NCBI GenBank assembly: GCA_020891255.1
Contig: BQFW01000007.1
Span: 992,001-1,056,000, forward strand
DNA length: 64,000 nt
Reading direction: 5' to 3'
Source: Entomortierella parvispora E1425
Lineage: Eukaryota; Fungi; Mortierellomycota
Shown: piece after piece, positions 59,510 to 64,000 of the stretch
How positions within the stretch are numbered: position 1 is the stretch's first letter
How the letters are laid out: each line of letters begins with the position of its first letter
Notes under the pieces: model-generated
Seen by the model: only the letters and a program-made list of their open reading frames with translations
Database searches by the model: none
Told to the model about the DNA's origin: nothing
Program-made: the position numbers and the translations under genes

Positions 59510-61801
59510 ATGAACGGGACCATCACAGACCCCTCTGACTGGCCCTCAGACTTTGTTTCTCTCAGGGAGATTGACTCTCATCTGAGATGTCCCATCTGCA
59601 AGGAACTAATGCGCGGCGCCATTATGTTGCAATGTGGACACAACTTTTGTTCAGAGTGCATTCGCCGACATTTGGACAAAGAACAGGCTTGCCCGGCGTG
59701 CAGAATGGCCGCATCAACCTCTCAAATGCGGAGAAACGTTGCCTTGGATGAAATTGCAAACCACTTTGGCGATTGCAGGTACGACACTCTTTTCATGGTC
59801 AAGGGAAATTGGTGGCGAAAGGTGTCGAAAAGAGTTCAAATCTGATTCGACCATGACTGACCCTTATTCTTCAATAGAGCTCGTTTGCTAAAGGTAGTGA
59901 CAAGCACAGACGAAAGGCCTGCATCCGATACAAGCATGGAAATTGCCGGCGGCGTTCGTCAGCAGAAGAGGCGAAGGGTTTCTGGACGAATCACACCAAA
60001 GTCGTCTCAAGAACCAATGGACCTGGACTCAAGCAGTAACCAAAGATCTAGCTCTAAAAAAAGCAACGACGATGACGATGACGATTTTTCTGTTTCTTCG
60101 CAGGACTCGGGAAATAGCCGTCGCGAAGGTACAGAAAAGTTTCGTGACTGCACATCATGAACCCTCTCTCTCTCTTGTATTAACAAGCTGTCTCCATTCC
60201 GCCATGTATTAGAACCAGCGCTTCGACGATCAGGGAGAACATCAACATTATCAACACCAGTTACAGATTCCGTGCTACAATCGACTCCTATCAGTGGACG
60301 AGCGTTCCCATCATCGTCATCGTCATCGGAGCCGACAGTAGCTGCTACACCGTTGACGCCTACCACACCTACAAAAGCAGTGGCCAAGCACACTCTTGTT
60401 GCTTGTCCTGTCTGTGAATGCGCCATTCCGGAAGCTCAAACAAACAGCCACTTGGATAAATTTTGCTTTGCAGGCAAAAAAGATCCGATTTACACTCTTC
60501 CATACAATCTGCTCATGGGCCATCTGACGGAGGCCAAGGCTATCGAATTGTACGAGCGTGTTGGGTACCCGGCGGCAGGAACGAATGTCACGGCATCATC
60601 TACCAAAAGTTCATCGACTCAACCAACTGCTCGCACCCAGAGCATCGTCAACCCTTTTGGACAATCATCACCTCGATCTCAGTACCAAACCGGAAATGCG
60701 TCACTGTTCGGAAGTCCTTCCAAGCAGCCTGTTCCGGTTATGGCCAAACCGATCCCCCCAGAACCCAAAAGGTAAGTTGGTTTCTTCCTCTTGATTGATA
60801 TTGAATGTCCAATTGTCGTGGTAATTCTGACACTCCTCCTCATTGCTTTTCACGGCATGTAGGATCCCAAAACTAACGTATAGCGTCCTCAATGATAAGC
60901 AATTGCGGAAGAAACTAAGTGTATGTGACACCACATGCGGCCCTGTTTGATATGTTCATGAAATGGAAAGAAAACAAATGCTAACTCTTCTTGGCTTCTA
61001 TGGTATTAGGAGTTGGGACTCGCGGTGCATGGCGACAAACAACTGATGCAGAAACGACATGCTGAATACGTGACAATTTACAACGCCAATTGCGATTCAA
61101 CCCGGCCCTTATCAGAAGCTCAACTGCGCCGAAACATGGAGATTTGGGAAAGAACCTACGATCAGGACATTGCTGCCAAGGAACAGTTGAAGCGCAACGC
61201 AGAGCAACAGAGGCTGATCCAACAGAGAGAACTGGTCCAAAAACAAGCAGCAGTTCCTCAGAGCTCAGTCTCTTCTACAGCAAATCCATCGGATTCTTCT
61301 TCATCTGCCTCGACCTCAAGCAGACCCTTTTCAAGGTCAAGCTCAGGATCCAACTTTGTCCCCAACCATAACAACAACGCAGAGGTCAATGTGGCTGTGG
61401 CTGAAGCATCGGCTTTTGCGCACGCGCTCAAGTACGCTGCGGAATATAAGGAACTTATTGCGGATATCCGGAGTCGAAATGAGAAGGACAAAGTGCCTAA
61501 AAAGGAGACCAAGCAGGACAACAAAAAGGCAACACCGACTGGGTCAACTAAATCGAGTCAATCAAGTCAGTCTGGCAATCAACCGAGAGCATCAACCCCT
61601 GCCAACACAAGCAGCAGTACCTCTGGCACGCAACCCCTACCACCACAGGTCCCTGAGCAAACAGCTAGTCAATCCAGCATTACATCCAGTCAATCATCAA
61701 GCATCGTCGAGGACCAGCCAAGTAGCCAGTCCAGCCAATATAGCATGCCCCTGACCCCTTCTAAGTTACGCCATCCACGCCGGCCCATAGAACATACATA
61801 G
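59510..61801 (+). CDS. RAD18: Postreplication repair E3 ligase Rad18, multi-exon
   Basis: RING (CPIC...CGHNFCSECIRRHL...CPAC), UBZ (CPVC...NSHLDKFC) and SAP-like LRKKLS|ELGL...HAEYVTIYNANCD. Confidence 0.93.
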
Positions 61802-62042
61802 TAAAATTCCCTGTCAACCGATAATACCATGTTGAAAGTAAAAAATACCACACACTGTACAAAAAGAAACCATCCCCTCCCCCCAAAATGCAATTGCAAT
61901 CCATGATTGGTGACATTTCCTCTCAAAATCGAAAAAAAAGCATTGGTTGTCAAAAGTATTGGGTTGGAGTATCCATGCTTCGCAGTATTTTTTAATGTTA
62001 AAGCGTCGGTACGTCGCTCCATGTGTTTATTTGTCGCGATAT

Positions 62043-63328
62043 TTAAACGCTAAAAAAAGCAAAGGAAAGAGAAACAGATAGATAAGTACATTGGTTCATA
62101 TTGATTTGTTTCCTGAAACTGCAGCCCATGAGTAACTGGATGGCCAGTGTTACTTACCGGGAGGGGTACATCATCTGTTGTGAGGAGAATCCATGAATAT
62201 TCCAGAGAAAATAGAGAAGGGACTGTTAGCATCCATTACTTGCACTGATCTCAACGTAGGAACTAGAAAAGGGGGCTGAAAACAATAACGTACGACGCGG
62301 ACGGAGGCACCGAAGGACTTGGCGGGCAAGTTGTTGCGGAAACGGGCCTTGACGGCACCGGAACCACCGTGGGAGCGGGTGATGCGTCCCCAGATGCAGC
62401 GGATCTTGGATCCGTTGACCTCACGCTTGGCGCGGTAGACGAAAGCGACACGCTTGCCGAGGTAGAACTCGGTGTCAGCAGCGGTCTTGACGCCCTCGAT
62501 CTGGACGAGCGAGATATCGGGGCGCTGGTTGCGCTTAGCGCGCTTGAATCCAAGAACACGACCTTTAGCGTAAAGACTGGTTGATAGAAATCCCATCGAA
62601 ATAGAAGGAAAAAAGAGAGAAAAGGGGTGCAGACGGTTAGAGTCCATTTTCTCAAACGTCTTTTTGTTTTCTCTTCTTCCAGAGTCCTGAGCAGTCAAAG
62701 CCATGTTGGCGGTAAACACAGCAAATAAACACAGCAAATAGTGCAAGTGCACTTTTGTTGTGGTTGAACAGTTGAATCCAGTGTCTGAAGAAACATCGTC
62801 GATTGATGTTAACGGTCGACTGCACTGAGCTCAATCAACACTCATGCTGAGAGGACAAGAGTAAATCCAGTCTCGCCCTCAGCAATGCATTCTGTTGAAG
62901 AGAGTTTGTGCTGTGTAAGCGAACAGACTTCGTAGATTTGATGTTCAGTTGTTCTCCAGTTTGATGAATGATGTTGTCCTGGGTCTGCCAGCCCTCGCTG
63001 TTGAGATAGAAAATATCCTCCTATATGACTGCCGCTGGATTAACAGAGAAGGAGGGCCATTCCTCTTCTCCAACAGGAGCCTCTGTTCATGGCCACCTCA
63101 TGCATCAGGTCCCTTCTGGGTCATGCCATCAAAGTCATCGTGAGGATGCATGATTTTTTTTGTGAAAGTCGGATTTCCAGATCCTGTCGCCTCAAGATGA
63201 AGTTGGTCCTGTGTGATGAGTAGGTGCAATATCGCCGATGGTCCGATGGATGGATCGATGGGTGTGTCCTTGACCCATGGATGCTGCATTGATTTCGTCA
63301 AGCCAATCACAGTCATGTACCGAGTCAT
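62043..63328 (-). CDS. RPL33: 60S ribosomal protein L33/L35a (eL33), 4 exons
   Basis: MTR|[17 protein letters not shown]...[13 protein letters not shown]...WGRITRSHG...[13 protein letters not shown]|MMYPSR|V-stop. First intron 63320-62577 (744 nt); the first exon is less certain. Confidence 0.95.
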
Positions 63329-63616
63329 TATGCAGAGAACTGAAAGAAGGGAGATTCCACTGGGATGCAGAACGCAGTCCGTAATGTGGAGCTCAGATTT
63401 TTTAAGGGGTGTTTTTCTTTTTTCGCTTCCATTGTGCGGCACATATGTAATGTGGCCAAGAGACGCGTTGCTATGACGGTGCATACGTGCTGCGATACAT
63501 ATCAGCAGCCCCACATGGCACTCACCATCATATAAGAACGGTGCAGATGAAGGTATGATGTCTTTAGTTTAGGGTCACGCTATTTACAAGGGAAAGCTGG
63601 ACAGGAACTCCTGTCG

Positions 63617-63862
63617 TTATCCTCTGTTCTTCATGAACTGACTGGCCATGTTGGCCATTGCTCCAAGAGCAGCGCTTTGTCCATTCCCTCCTTGTTGTCC
63701 ACCCTGACCACCTCCGTTCATGAAGGAGTTCATGACTCCACCAAGAAGGGCGCTGGCGCCTCCACCCTGACCATTTCCTCCAGTGAGCATGCCCATGACT
63801 GTTTGCTTGATATAGTCGGAGGAGAAGACCTTGTTGCGGAGCTCGTTCTCCAAAGTAGAAGA
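63617..63862 (-). CDS. Last exon of a Gly/Gln/Asn-rich low-complexity protein (5' part outside window)
   Basis: Acceptor TTTATAG at 63863; encodes ...GMLTGGNGQGGGASALLGGVMNSFMNGGGQGGQQGG...ASQFMKNRG-stop. Confidence 0.65.
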   Translation of the reverse strand, partial: SSTLENELRNKVFSSDYIKQTVMGMLTGGNGQGGGASALLGGVMNSFMNGGGQGGQQGGNGQSAALGAMANMASQFMKNRG

Positions 63863-64000
63863 CTATAAAAAGAGATGGGGTATCGATAACGAGATGAGTA
63901 TGATAGGATGCTTCCAATCGCGCACAACAAACAACCGTCGAGATTCTTCTGAGAAGAAACAAAAGAAGAAAAAATCGGTTGTTCCAGTATAAAACCTCCA

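Overview
Eukaryotic, intron-rich fungal DNA, most consistent with an early-diverging fungus of the Mortierellaceae (inferred from the family of intronless F-box/LRR genes carrying the W(V/A)C..L..L motif and from intron style). No prokaryotic features or CRISPR arrays are present. About 28 protein-coding loci can be reconstructed. Housekeeping genes: RPS15, RPL12, RPL33, CDC11-type septin, BRE1, RAD18, MTD1, ARPC4, NAP1, nucleolar FKBP, an SRSF7-like SR protein, TatD, a TCP11/Sok1 protein and a TOM6-like protein. Metabolic genes: a CYP52-like P450, a peroxisomal acyl-CoA oxidase, a secreted carboxylesterase and an aldo-keto reductase. There are also six F-box/LRR copies, one 5'-truncated and one frameshifted. 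Highlights not visible in the ORF track: (1) a spliced non-coding host gene at 58.5-59.3 kb with two identical snR13-type box C/D snoRNAs, one per intron, each closed by a different 11-bp external stem, plus a 60-nt hairpin in exon 1; (2) a complete 1805-bp IS630/Tc1/mariner element with 28-bp TIRs, TA target duplication and a DD86E (Sailor-like) transposase; (3) a head-to-head pair of paralogous ~75-aa mitochondrial-presequence microproteins; (4) a protein whose N-terminal C4 zinc finger resembles the metazoan USPL1 N-terminus; (5) a long intron with a cryptic donor and premature stop in the SR gene; (6) a CCATCCATCG cluster at a similar position in the long first intron of all three ribosomal protein genes. 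Exon boundaries were read by eye; family assignments rest on recalled motifs, not database searches.
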